A DNA stretch of 64,000 nt from Macrostomum lignano (lineage: Eukaryota), in NCBI GenBank assembly GCA_002269645.1, contig NIVC01000746.1:186001-250000 (forward strand), read 5' to 3'. Shown here piece by piece: positions 12,101 through 23,384 of the stretch. The position numbers and the translations under genes were made by a program. Under the pieces are notes generated by a model. The model worked only from the letters and a program-made list of their open reading frames with translations. It was not told the origin of the DNA and did no database searches. How positions within the stretch are numbered: the first letter of the stretch is position 1; the number at the start of each line of letters is the position of its first letter.

Positions 12101-12475
12101 TCAAACTTCTTAGGCGCTACCCAAAACCCGCAGACGGAGTACGAGCTCTGCTTCAACCTGACCCGCCAGGCGCTGGGCTATTTCTACTCGGGTCGGCTGC
12201 AGATTCTGCCCGACCAGTCGCTGTGGCTGCAGCTGGAAGGCGAGAGCGGCGGGGTGCAGCTCGGGCTCGAAGGCGGCCTGCCGAGCCAAGTTGTCCGGCC
12301 GCGAGTTCGCGCCGCGCGTCCCGCCACGCTGGACGACTTCCGTTTTCCGGTGACGTCGAGACGCAACCGACGCAGGCGGAGGCGGCGCGCTGCCGACTTG
12401 GAGGGGACGGCGGCGGCATCGGGGGAGGCAGCTGCAGGCGTCGAGATTGAGACCGAGACGGCAGCGATGGTCTGA
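169..12475 (+). CDS. Multi-exon tandem-domain (D1-D2) protein tyrosine phosphatase, receptor-type-like; probable pseudophosphatase; 5' end probably upstream of the window
   Basis: GT-AG exons with compatible phases: 169-262, 405-523 (YINASWID), 1594-1728 (FIAAQGP..DFWQMVW), 2880-2996 (QCDKYW), 3075-3229 (WSH loop, PIVVHC), 3941-4250 (SDGAGRTG), about 4962-5088, 7494-7570 ([13 protein letters not shown]), 7653-7787 ([11 protein letters not shown]), 8360-8485 (FWP), about 8629-8819, 11402-11537, 12134-12475 (stop). These motifs are the canonical PTP domain motifs, present twice. Confidence 0.92.
1160..1466 (+). mobile_element. tRNA-derived SINE, family A (full length; MIR/CORE-like central segment)
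   Basis: A-box GTAGCCTAGTGG and B-box GAGTTCGATTC. The central GTGTCCTTGAGCAAGAC..CTGTAGAATGGG resembles the MIR core, and there is an AT-rich tail. Homologous copies lie at 3685, 17371 and 49921. Confidence 0.8.
2556..2914 (+). repeat. 50/29-bp tandem array built from a splice acceptor plus the first codons of a PTP exon
   Basis: Unit CAACAGTGCGACAAG(T/C)ACTGGCACAATGTCCACGCCATTTCATTCATCAG. The last copy runs into the intact exon at 2880. Confidence 0.9.
3685..3842 (+). mobile_element. SINE family A, 5'-truncated copy
   Basis: Close match to 1310-1466, ending in an (ATT)-rich tail. Confidence 0.8.
5219..6996. mobile_element. Non-autonomous DNA transposon with about 390-bp TIRs, Chapaev/CMC-like
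   Basis: 5219-5609 is the reverse complement of 6602-6996. Termini are CAC...GTG with a 4-bp TSD TGTA (5215-5218 and 6997-7000). No transposase ORF is present. Confidence 0.8.
7930..8262 (-). mobile_element. tRNA-headed SINE-like repeat, family B
   Basis: The minus strand starts GGGGTAGCCCAGTGGTCTAG (A-box-like). The body is homologous to 30385-30700 and 62855-63175. Confidence 0.7.
9074..9403. repeat. 15-bp minisatellite (GACAACGTCACAGGG)
   Basis: Direct tandem copies in a PTP intron. Confidence 0.95.
9546..10720 (-). pseudogene. Nested antisense gene: signal peptide + PAN/apple-like + LamG/concanavalin-like domain, disrupted
   Basis: N-terminus [16 protein letters not shown]; [21 protein letters not shown] (PAN-like Cys spacing); [19 protein letters not shown]; donor GTAAGC at 10128; exon 9891-9546 reads [37 protein letters not shown] once the 87-bp insert is removed. 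There is a frameshift near 10490 and a stop inside the insert. Confidence 0.7.
9668..9754 (-). mobile_element. 5'-truncated non-LTR retroelement 3' end with (TAAG)n tail and 12-bp TSD
   Basis: Direct repeat AGCACCGGCCTA at 9656-9667 and 9743-9754. The minus-strand insert ends in tandem TAAG. Confidence 0.75.
11632..12000. repeat. 39-bp minisatellite
   Basis: Unit approximately GTACATTGAATAATTGGTTTGACTGGGTTCGGAGCGTGC, about 9 copies in the last PTP intron. Confidence 0.95.
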
Positions 12476-12651
12476 AGTCCTTCTGGTAACTTAAGTTTTG
12501 ACTTAATGAGCTCGTTTTTTTATTGTCCAAATCATTTTGAAAATATTTCTCAATCCCAAAATTTTACAAGCTCACACATTCAGATATCAGCACACAGTTG
12601 ATATCTGTGAAAATGAAAATAGCTATTGGTTTGAAACGTTGCGAAATTACT

Positions 12652-13241
12652 AGCATTGACAGTAGAAGCTAACAGACAAAGCTACAGCATTGACAGCACA
12701 GCTACAGACATAGCTACAGCATTGACAGCACAGCTACAGACATAGCTACAGCATTGACAGCATAGCTACAGACATAGCTACAGCATTGACAGTAGAAGCT
12801 AACAGACAAAGCTACAGCATTGACAGCACAGCTACAGACATAGCTACAGCATTGACAGCACAGCTACAGACATAGCTACAGCATTGACAGCATAGCTACA
12901 GACATAGCTACAGCATTGACAGCATAGCTACAGACATAGCTACAGCATTGACAGCATAGCTACAGACATAGCTACAGCATTGACAGCATAGCTACAGACA
13001 TAGCTACAGCATTGACAGCATAGCTACAGACATAGCTACAGCATTGACAGCATAGCTACAGACATAGCTACAGCATTGACAGCATAGCTACAGACATAGC
13101 TACAGCATTGACAGCATAGCTACAGACATATTCATAGCTACAGCATTGACAGCATAGCTACAGACATAGCTACAGCATTGACAGCATAGCTACAGACATA
13201 GCTACAGCATTGACAGCATAGCTACAGACATAGCTACAGCA
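12652..13241. repeat. 32-bp minisatellite
   Basis: Unit CATTGACAGCATAGCTACAGACATAGCTACAG. Confidence 0.95.
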
Positions 13242-13484
13242 TGTCAGGTCGACCCCAAAAATTTCCGACAAAATTTCAGAAAGAAAATTTCGGAGCCATC
13301 AGGTTTTGTCGTACATTCAGTTAAATTCCGCGACGTCATGAGCATAAAAATTATTATTGCTTCATACGCTCATACCTACTCGCTTCTTTCATTCAGTAGC
13401 AATGATAGCGTTTGCTGCTTCGATTCTAATAAATATATTGTCAATTTTGCAATTTTTCATTAGTCGAAATACAGTAACAAATTT

Positions 13485-14026
<542 letters not shown>

Positions 14027-14734
14027 GTTGCTCTGACAGACAAGAGAATCTGGGAGATTAACAGGCCAGGTGCGAGGCGGATTAGACGCCTGTGGCAATT
14101 GGATTGAAAGAAGACGATTCAAATAATTAGCATTTTGTCCCGGCTGAATTATCCAGAGCCTCCGTCAGAGCAGCCAATGAAAGGATTAACAGTGCCTGGA
14201 TTTTTATTACTTTGCCTGTTAGCCGGGGCAGCGAGCACGCGACGCCGTGTCAGCTTAAAAAGGAAAGGAAATTAATTCAGGGTAGAACAGGGGGAGGTTA
14301 GGGAGCTGGGGAAGGCGGGAATTTATTCCCATCGCGTGACTACTATTGAGGCAATAGAATTTCAATTTCATTCTGGGCTTCGCTTTCGCCTCTCCCACTG
14401 TCTCAAGTAATCAGCCATTGGGATTTTCGCGATCCCGCACTGCTGAAACTGTGTCCGCGACATCGCTTACCTGCATCCTGATTAGCCCGACTTACGCCTG
14501 CCTCTTCAATTTAGGGACGGCTGCAGTGTCAACTGCTTTCAGTGTTACTGCCAGGTTTCACTCAGCCCGTTACTTTGCACCCTCTGCAGTAGCGCTGGTC
14601 TGACCTGCTCATGTCTGCCATCTGCCATCTCTGCTCCTTGCTGCAGCAATGTCTTCTTGTGGCTCCCTTTGCCGCTGTTTATCCGGCTTTCAGTGTGTCT
14701 CACGCTGCAGTGTCAGACCTCTGCTTTCTTACTC

Positions 14735-15200
14735 CCTCCCCCTGCCCCCTCTCCCCTCTCTCCTCTCCCCTCTCTCCCTCTGCCCTCTCTCCCTCTCTCC
14801 CCTCTCTCCCTCTCTCCCTCTACTCTCTCTCCCTCTCTCCCTACTCTCCTTCTCTCCCTCTCCCCTCTCTCCCTCTCCCCTCTCTCTCTTTCTCCCTCTC
14901 CCCTCTCTCCCTCTCCCCTCTCTCTCTTTCCCCTCACTCCCTCTCCCCTCTCTCCCTCTGCCCTCTCTCCCTCTCTCCCCTCTCTCCCTCTACCCTCTAC
15001 CCTCTCTCCCTCTCTCCCTTCACTCCTTCTCTCCCTCTCCCCTCTCTCCCTCTCCCCTCTCTCTCTTTCTCCCTCTCCCCTCTCTCCCTCTCCCCTCTCT
15101 CTTTCCCCTCACTCCCTCTCATCTCTCTCCCTCTGCCCTCTCTCCCTCTCTCCTCTCTCTCCTTCTCTCCCTAGGTCTCTCTCTCTCTGCCTTCCCTCTT
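14735..15200. repeat. CT-rich low-complexity tract
   Basis: Polypyrimidine (CTCTCC)-type repeats. Confidence 0.95.
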
Positions 15201-15572
15201 TATCTCTGCAATGATTGTAACACAATTGCTGAAATCAATAAAGCAGAGGAAATCAATATAAGCTCGTACAATGAAGCGCAGGAAGCTTCCAGGTTGAATT
15301 CTTTCACCCCATAAAACCCGTAAAGTGTAGGGTTTCGCATTGTGCATTTATTTTGCAGTGGACAACGCAGCAAAGAGCTTCATGCTGGCTTTGGTGCGAT
15401 GCAGTTCTAGAAATAAAATGAAAGTCTGGATGATCGACGGGGCTGAGAGGTTGTCAATCAAATGTGAATATTGTGAAAATACGATTCTTTTAACCTTAGT
15501 TCTCTTTAATTTGTTCAGAAATCCTGCGTCTCACTTTTACCTGTCCTTCCTTACATCTCCAGTCTTCAGTCT

Positions 15573-18500
15573 TTAGTCAATTCTTTTGTAGAACATTAAG
15601 CCATCGCCGAAGACTCCAGTGCAGGTTTCCAGCGTCATTGAAGCTCCATCATCATCATCATCGTCTCCATTTGGGTGCCAGTTCAGCCAGTTGGTTCCGC
15701 TCCTGACGCATCTGAGCAGTACCGTGGGCAATGAGCAGCTCTCGTCCCATTCGCTGTTGAGTTTAACAATGGCAAACAGTCGGAATGTTGCTGCAGTAAC
15801 TTCTGAGCTCCAGCTGTTCTGCAGTGAATTAGTGCATTTAGGCAGACTTTGAATTTTTATGAGCATGTTGTAGTCATTTGGTTTCTATATGATCTATGCA
15901 ACTGCCTCTATGATCTATGGAACTGCCTCTATGATCTATGCAACTGCCTCTATGATCTATGGAACTGCCTCTATGATCTATGCAACTGTCTATATGATCT
16001 ATGCAACTGTCTATATGATCTATGGAACTGTCTATATGATCTATGGAACTGTCTATATGATCTATGGAACTGTCTATATGATTTATGGAACTGTCTATAT
16101 GATCTATGGAACTGTCCATATGATCTATGCAACTGTCTATATGATCTATGGAACTGTCTATATGATCTATGGAACTGTCTATATGATCTATGGAACTGTA
16201 TATATATGATCTATGCAACTGTCTATATGATCTATGGAACTGTCTATATGATCTATGGAACTGTCTATATGATCTATGGAACTGTCTATATGATCTATGG
16301 AACTGTCTATATGATCTATGGAACTGTCTATATGATTTATGGAACTGTCTATATGATCTATGGAACTGTCTATATGATCTATGGAACTGTCTATATGATC
16401 TATGGAACTGTCTATATGATCTATGGAACTGTCTATATGATCTATGGAACTGTCTATATGATCTATGGAACTGTCTATATGATCTATGGAACTGTCTATA
16501 TGATCTATGGAACTGTCTATTGATCTATGGAACTGTCTATATGATCTATGGAACTGTCTATATGATCTATGGAACTGTCTATATGATCTATGGAACTGTC
16601 TATATGATCTATGGAACTGTCTATATGATCTATGGAACTGTCTATATGATCTATGGAACTGTCTATTGATCTATGGAATCGTCCATTATACTCTCTTCCT
16701 CACCGATCTCTCCTCCCCCAAAAAGTAGCCCCGCTGCGCCGGCAGTTCAATCACCGGATCCGGCTGAACGTTAAAAGAAATTGTCGCAGCCGCCAGAATC
16801 AAATTTTCTGGCGCCAAGAAGTCAAAATCGGATGAGGCGTCGCCTTGTTGCTGGGCGCGTGACAGAGTCCAGCTGAGCAGCCGCTGAGAGTTCACTGACT
16901 GCTCGCTTGACCAGCTGGGGTCGCCGATTCTGTCTAAGCGAATGATTCTATATCCTGCACTGCCGCAGTTAAATCCGAGGTTAGGGTTAGGGCTAGGGTT
17001 AGGGTTAGGGCTAGGGTTAGGGTTAGGGTTAGGGTTAGGGTTAGGGTTAGGGTTTCTCCGAGACTCAGCTCTGCAAAGCTGTTGAAGTCGCAATAGAAGC
17101 AGGCTTAGACAACGAACGGGATCTGAAAGTCGGGTTGGTGTGTTAAACTTCATTTTTGGATTTGTTTGCTAGCTTGCAGTAGCCTAGCTTGTCCGAAAAA
17201 ATATGATTTATTAATTCTCACCTCTGAGTAGTTCGTCAATGTTAAAACTTTCGTCAGCTTCTTCGTCGCCAGCCGGCGAGTCCAGAATCTGCCGACGAAG
17301 ATCTCGGAGCTCCCGAAATTTCGGTATGAAAATGTCTCTGCGGTGCAAGCGGATCGAAATGTGTGATTTTTTATTACACCTGCCCTAATGGGTTGATGTA
17401 CAAGCGGCTGAAGTACGGCTGCTCAGTCCAAGGACTGGGGGGGTCGCAACACACACCCTCAATTACCCCAGCTAATGCTGGCACCCATTTTACAGCTAAG
17501 TGAACTGAAGCAATGCAGAGTTTAAGTTTCTTGCTCAAAAGGCACAAAATTGTTTCGATTGGGTCAAGAATCGAACCCCCGACCTTTCAGTCATGAGTCT
17601 GACGCTCTAACCGCAACTAAATACGTGAGCAGATTAACAAAACTTTAGTCTAAAAAAATCGACCTGCTGCTGCAACTCAGAGAGAAGCTTCATCTCAGCA
17701 CGCAGACCGAACAACGCCCTGCCCTCAGGGAAGCCACAGTGAGGCTTCCCTGAAGCCCCCACCCCCATTTTAATCCCAATTCTGTTTTCCTCTCTAAAAT
17801 TCGTCAGCTCTCGAAGGCCTTGAAGTGTTTTGAAGACTCGGACAAGGTAAAGCCGAAATCCGCGGATTTGAAACGGACGAATTGCGGAGTGATGGAGCGA
17901 GACAGATGGGAGATGAGCCGTGATTGATTAGGCTCGAGCTTAAGTCCAAATGTCAGATTGCTCTTGAAAAAAAAGATATTTGTTGGCAATGTTATCGATA
18001 GCCATTGAAGAGTGCGCCTGCAGAATCCACGGCCTCATCAGTCTGATCAGACCTGATATATTGAATCTAGTTTGATCTATCGAACCCTGATCTATTGAAT
18101 CTAGTTTGATCTATCGGACCCTGATCTATTGAATCTAGTTTGATCTATCGGACCCTGATCTATTGAATCTAGTTTGATCTATCGGATCATGATCTATTGA
18201 ATCTATTCAGATCTATCAGATCCTGATCTATTGAATCTAGTTTGATCTATCGGATCTTAATCTATTGAATCTAGTTTGATCCATCGGACCCTGATCTATT
18301 GAGTCTAGTTTGATCTATCAGACCCTGATCTATTGAGTCTAGTTTGATATATCAGACCCTGATCTATTGAGTCTAGTTTGATCTATCGGACCCTGGTCTA
18401 TTGAATCTAGTTTGATCTATAAGATCCTGATCTATTGAATCTAGTTTGATCTATCGGATCATGATCTATTGAATCTATTCAGATCTATCAGATCCTGATC

Positions 18501-21500
18501 TATTGAATCTAGTTTGATCTATCGGATCATGATCTATTGAATCTATTCAGATCTATCAGATCCTGATCTATTGAATCTAGTTTGATCTATCGGATCTTAA
18601 TCTATTGAATCTAGTTTGATCCATCGGACCCTGATCTATTGAGTCTAGTTTGATCTATCGGACCCTGATCTATTGAGTCTAGTTTGATCTATCGGACCCT
18701 GATCTATTGAGTCTAGTTTGATCTATCAGACCCTGATCTATTGAGTCTAGTTTGATCTATCGGACCCTGATCTATTGAATCTAGTTTGATCTATCAGACC
18801 CTGATCTATTGAGTCTAGTTTGATCTATCGGACCCTGATCTATTGAGTCTAGTTTGATCTATCGGACCCTGATCTATTGAGTCTAGTTTGATCTATCAGA
18901 CCCTGATCTATTGAGTCTAGTTTGATCTATCAGACCCTGATCTATTGAGTCTAGTTTAATCTATCAGACCCTGATCTATTGGATCTATGCAGATCCATCG
19001 GACCCCTGATCTAGTGAATCTGTTTTGATCTATCGGATCCTGATCTATTGAATCTATTCAGATCTATCGGGTCCTAATCTATTGAATCTAGTTTGATCTA
19101 TCGGATCCTGATCTATTGAATCTATTCAGATCTATCGGACGCTGATCTATTGAATCTGTTTTAATCTATCGGACGCTGATCTTTTGGAAGCCTATGACTA
19201 ATGTTGCTCTACTCAACTAAAGCAACAACGCCCCTCGTATAATGCCTCACCAAGGACCACTAGAAGTTACGACCTTCGGTAACGGTAGCTCCTAGTGGTC
19301 CTTGTGCTTTACATTGCCTCATTAGACCGTTTAAAGTACTTTTGAACCTTAGGCTACAGGCGGCTCTTCCGCTGCTGGCGTGACAAAACTTCCTCCCAGA
19401 AAATCAGTTTTCTCTGCATTTCTCGCCCACTCAATTAGCTTTAATAACCAGTGGCTTCAATCACGGCCAAATGGCATCAGCTGTTGAGTTGAGTTGAGTT
19501 CAAGTGAAGAGGGGAGTTGTTTGTCAATAGAAAGTGCGTGACTAAAGGGTTTCATTCTGTAGTGGAGTCAAGAGAACTGTAAAAAGTAGAAAATGCGAAG
19601 TTCAGAGACCACACGATGGAAGTGATGTTAAAAGTTGTGTTGAATGTTGAATACATGGGTAGACAGGAGAGTAAGAGGGAGAGAAAGAGAGAGGGAGAGA
19701 GAGGGAGGGGGAGATAAGAGAGGGTAAAAGTGAGAGAGAGGGAGAGAAAGGAAGAAAGTTAGAGGGGAAGAGTGGAGGAGAGAGGGGGAGGGAGAGAGGC
19801 AGAGAGATAGTGAGAGAGAGAGGGAGCATTAGGGGGGAAAAAAAGGAAGAGGGGCGGTAGAGAGAGGGAGAGAGAGGGAGAGAGAGAGGGAGAGAGGGAG
19901 GGAGAGGGAGGAAGAAAGAGAGAGACAGGGAGAGAAGGAAAGAAAAGGGAGAGACGGAGAGAGAGAGAAGGAGAGAGGGAGAAAGGGAGAGAGAGGGAGA
20001 GACTGGGGGAGAGGGAGAGAGGGGGAGAGAGGGAGAGACTGGGAGAGAGGGAGAGAGGGGGAGAGAGGGAGAGACTGGGAGAGAGGGAGAGAGAGGGAGA
20101 GAGGGAGGGAGAGGGAGGAAGAAAGAGAGAGACAGGGAGAGAAGGAAAGAAAAGGGAGAGACGGGAGAGAGAGAGAGAGAGGGAGAGAGAGAGGAGAGAG
20201 TGAGGGAGAGAGGGAGAGAGAGGGAGGAAGAAAGAGAGAGACAGGGAGAGAAGGAAAGAAAAGGGAGAGACGGAGAGAGAGAGAAGGAGAGAGGGAGAGA
20301 CTGGGAGAGAGGGAGAGAGGGGGAGAGAGGGAGAGACTGGGAGAGAGGGAGAGAGGGGGAGAGAGGGAGAGAAGGGTAGCTTTAGAATTAAAGAAGGAAT
20401 GTACCCTAGTTCTCCAACACTGTCCAGCAATGCTGCAACCCGACCCAATTGTGAAACTCCAATTAGCAAACTGCTCTGCAGCGTGAGCGCAACGAGCAAA
20501 AATATTTAGCTATGCTAAACATCCATTAAGACAAAGAGCGGATTATAAATAAGTTCCTGCGCTGAGCTCTTCCGCCCAGTTTCTAACCCGCATCTGTGCT
20601 AATTAATTATTAATTAGGCGAATAACACCCTACCCCATAGGAAAGAGGGGCAGGACAAGCATTGGAAAGCACGTGGCCTCTTCAGTGCGCCTGCAACTCG
20701 TATGAGCTGTGAGCCTCGATCGTTGGAATGGAAATTGGACTCAAAATCTGCTGAATCATTCACGCCTGCTCAGCTGTTCGAGAGTGCCGGAGCATTTCGG
20801 GTTGCATCTGTGTGTTCGAGCTGACGATGCTAATACGACGTACTTTAACTGGCTACCGGTAGACCTGACAGGCTGACAGTTGCTCCGGAACCCCACCTGA
20901 CAGGCTGCGGAACCCAACCTAACAGGCTGCGGAACCCAACCTGACAGACTCCGGAATCCAAACCTGACAGACTCCGGAACCAACACCTGACAGACTCCGG
21001 AACCAACACCTGACAGACTCCGGAACCAACACCTGACAGACTCCGGAACCCAACCTGACAGGCTCCGGAACCCCACCTGACAGGCTCCGGAACCCAACCT
21101 GACAGGCTCCGGAACCCAACCTGACAGGCTGCGGAACCCAAACATGACAGGCTCCGGAACCTCACCTGATAGGCTCCGGAACCAACACCTGACAGGCTCC
21201 GGAAGTCACTCACCCAGCACGCCGGACTCCAGCAGCAACTTGGATCCCCTGCTGTCGCAAGCAGGAAAAGTCGCCCCTACATAGCAGGGCCACCAGCAGG
21301 CAGTCGACCAGGTCGCCAGCCTGCGTCGCCGTCTTGGTGGCCTCGTCCAGCGGGTTCACCACCATCCGGATCGTCTCGCCCGCGCCGCGCTGCTCGCAGC
21401 AGCCGGTGAATTTGTACAGAGCCGCCTCGCCCTCCGAGATAGCCACGACTGATGCGGCGGCGCCATCGGCCGACGAGCGCACGCCGCAGGCGTCTCCAAC

Positions 21501-21614
21501 CACGCCGAATCCGGTGGCGGTGACCAGCGTTTGCCGCAGTCGAGTCACGGAGCCGCTGGAATTTCCGGCTCTACTGGCGCAACCGGGAACTCGAGTCGAC
21601 GAGCGCGAGTCCAT
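15573..21614 (-). CDS. Multi-exon gene, divergent USP/UCH-like (USPL1-like) fold, probably catalytically inactive
   Basis: GC3-rich first exon 21614-21214 (LVDCLLVALL). Phase-compatible terminal exons 17337-17222, 16954-16704 and 15818-15573 (FRLFAIV..NWLNW..GLMFYKRID*). Candidate middle exons lie near 20864-20765, 20475-20405 and 17960-17840 but are not fully resolved. The family call is by motif resemblance only. Confidence 0.55.
15886..16679. repeat. 21-bp minisatellite (TATATGATCTATGGAACTGTC)
   Basis: Tandem array filling the intron between exons 16704 and 15818. Confidence 0.97.
16981..17052 (+). repeat. Interstitial telomeric repeat (TTAGGG)12 with two CTAGGG variants
   Basis: Twelve hexamers, flanked by unique intronic sequence on both sides. 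Confidence 0.97.
17371..17612 (-). mobile_element. SINE family A copy
   Basis: Reverse-complement match to 1160-1466, including the B-box GGTTCGATTC. Confidence 0.8.
18045..19185. repeat. 34-bp minisatellite (CTGATCTATTGAATCTAGTTTGATCTATCGGACC)
   Basis: About 33 diverged tandem copies. Confidence 0.95.
19670..20375. repeat. GA-rich low-complexity tract
   Basis: Polypurine repeats with internal block duplications. Confidence 0.95.
20864..21205. repeat. 22/23-bp minisatellite filling an intron
   Basis: Unit CTGACAGGCTCCGGAACCCAAC, about 15 copies between the donor at 21213 and the acceptor at 20865 (minus strand). Confidence 0.95.
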
Positions 21615-22424
21615 TGAGCAGATCGCTGGCTGTTGCCGCGAAATTTCGTCCGTTTTTATCCTCTATTTTACAGCCAATCATTCCTGCTTAATTCGTGCCC
21701 AAATTGCACTACTTAGAAAATGTATGAGTAGCATCAAGCGGACATGACAATAAAAAATTACGAGATGCATTGAAAATGTCATCGAAATGCGTTGAAAATC
21801 GTGAGTAATTTTGTGAAATAGCGCTGGTTTAGACCCAGACTGACTGGCTGGGGGCAACACGAAAGCAGAGCGTGACGCAGCCGTCAGTGTCAATGCAGGA
21901 TTGGGCAGGAAATGCTTTTGCTAGCATCAGCTGCATGTGTGTTCTCTCCGCCCCCTGTTCGATCCGTCATTTCCGGTGTTGTGTCACAGTTTTTCGGGCC
22001 CGAAATCTGGACAAGGCATCGATAGGCCTGCGAGTGTTCGTTTTGCTCGCTCCACACGACAGCGGAGATTTCTGCTTTCTCGGATACAAGCGACAGCCGC
22101 AGATGTGTCTGACCACATGTGATTACAGCAGATTAATTGCATGCATAAACTCTGTAGTAACGGTATAAAATTTACCTATGCAGGTGTTCGCGTAGACTGA
22201 ACACTGCTGAGTCACGCGCCGCACTCCATCGCAAATGTCAGCATCGAGGGAAAAAAATTTTATGCTTTCAAAAAATGGCATTTCTAAACAGGATTTTATT
22301 TTTGACATCTAAAATTGCTCTGAGAGTTTTTCTTGGGTCACCCCGCGTTTTAGACTGCATTTTAGTTGCGATTTTTGCGCACCTCTGGACTGTTTCCCAC
22401 TGCCAAATGGGTTCCCAGAGTGTC

Positions 22425-22632
22425 TAATGGGAGTGAACTGCAGGTGTCTCCAGTGTGCCAAGCCTCTTCCTAATGGGAGTGAACTGCAGGTGTCTCCAGT
22501 GTGCCAAGTCATTTCCTACGGGAGTGAACTACAGGTGTCTCCAGTGTGCCAAGTTATTTCCTACGGGAATGAACTGCAGGTGTCTCCAGTGTGCCAAGTT
22601 ATTTCTAATGGGAGTGAACTGGTGTCTCCAGT
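22425..22632 (+). repeat. 46-bp tandem repeat, short array (inverted relative to 23385-24098)
   Basis: Unit GGGAGTGAACTGCAGGTGTCTCCAGTGTGCCAAGCCTCTTCCTAAT, about 4 copies. Confidence 0.9.
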
Positions 22633-23384
22633 CAGTCCCCAGATCGCTAGGAGTGGATACCCTGTGGGTCAGGTTTCATCGCTATATGTTTAGAGAACGA
22701 ATTGCAGCCAAAAATCGCATGGAACAGAAGCTGTGCAGACGGAAATCTCAGACCTGCACTGCAGTCTGCCCCCTGGAACCCAGCAGATCCTGATCTGTTC
22801 TCATCATTCTTTTCTGATCTTTAGCCGTCTGAAGAAAATCGCTTTCAAAGGCACGAAACGCTTTTAAATGTTGAAAAGTCAAGTCTGTCTGTCTGCAACC
22901 GAGTTTGTTGGTCAACCCCCCCCCCCTGTGCACGCAGACAGATTCTTCTGGCCGCAGAAATCTGCTGCGCATTTTCTTTGCAGATTAGCGGCCAGGCCAG
23001 GCCACACAGAAAGTGAGGGAAAAGGCCAAATAAACATTGTGGCTGACATTGATTTGGGTCAGCGGCGGCAATGAAAGGCATTGGATGGGCCTCTCTATCC
23101 CCCTCACCCTTGCTGCTTGTGCAGCAACAGCAGAGCTACCTCTGTGTCTGCAAGTCGCTGTTCTACTTTTAACAACAAAAATAGCGGATTATTAACTTGC
23201 TGATGTTACCAGACTGCAGCTTTAGGCCAGGATCCGAACCTAAGCTTATAAATTAAATAGCTTGGAGCCTGTTAAGAAATCCATTGAGGTCCTGAACTCG
23301 ACTTGCCGTGCTGACGTAACATTACATCCCGAATAATCAGTGCAATTAATTACGGCTTAACACAACTGTAGAAATCAATTCTCT

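Noticed and set aside
16981-17052. Chromosome end or de novo telomere
   Set aside because: It has only 12 units, and unique sequence continues on both sides within a gene.
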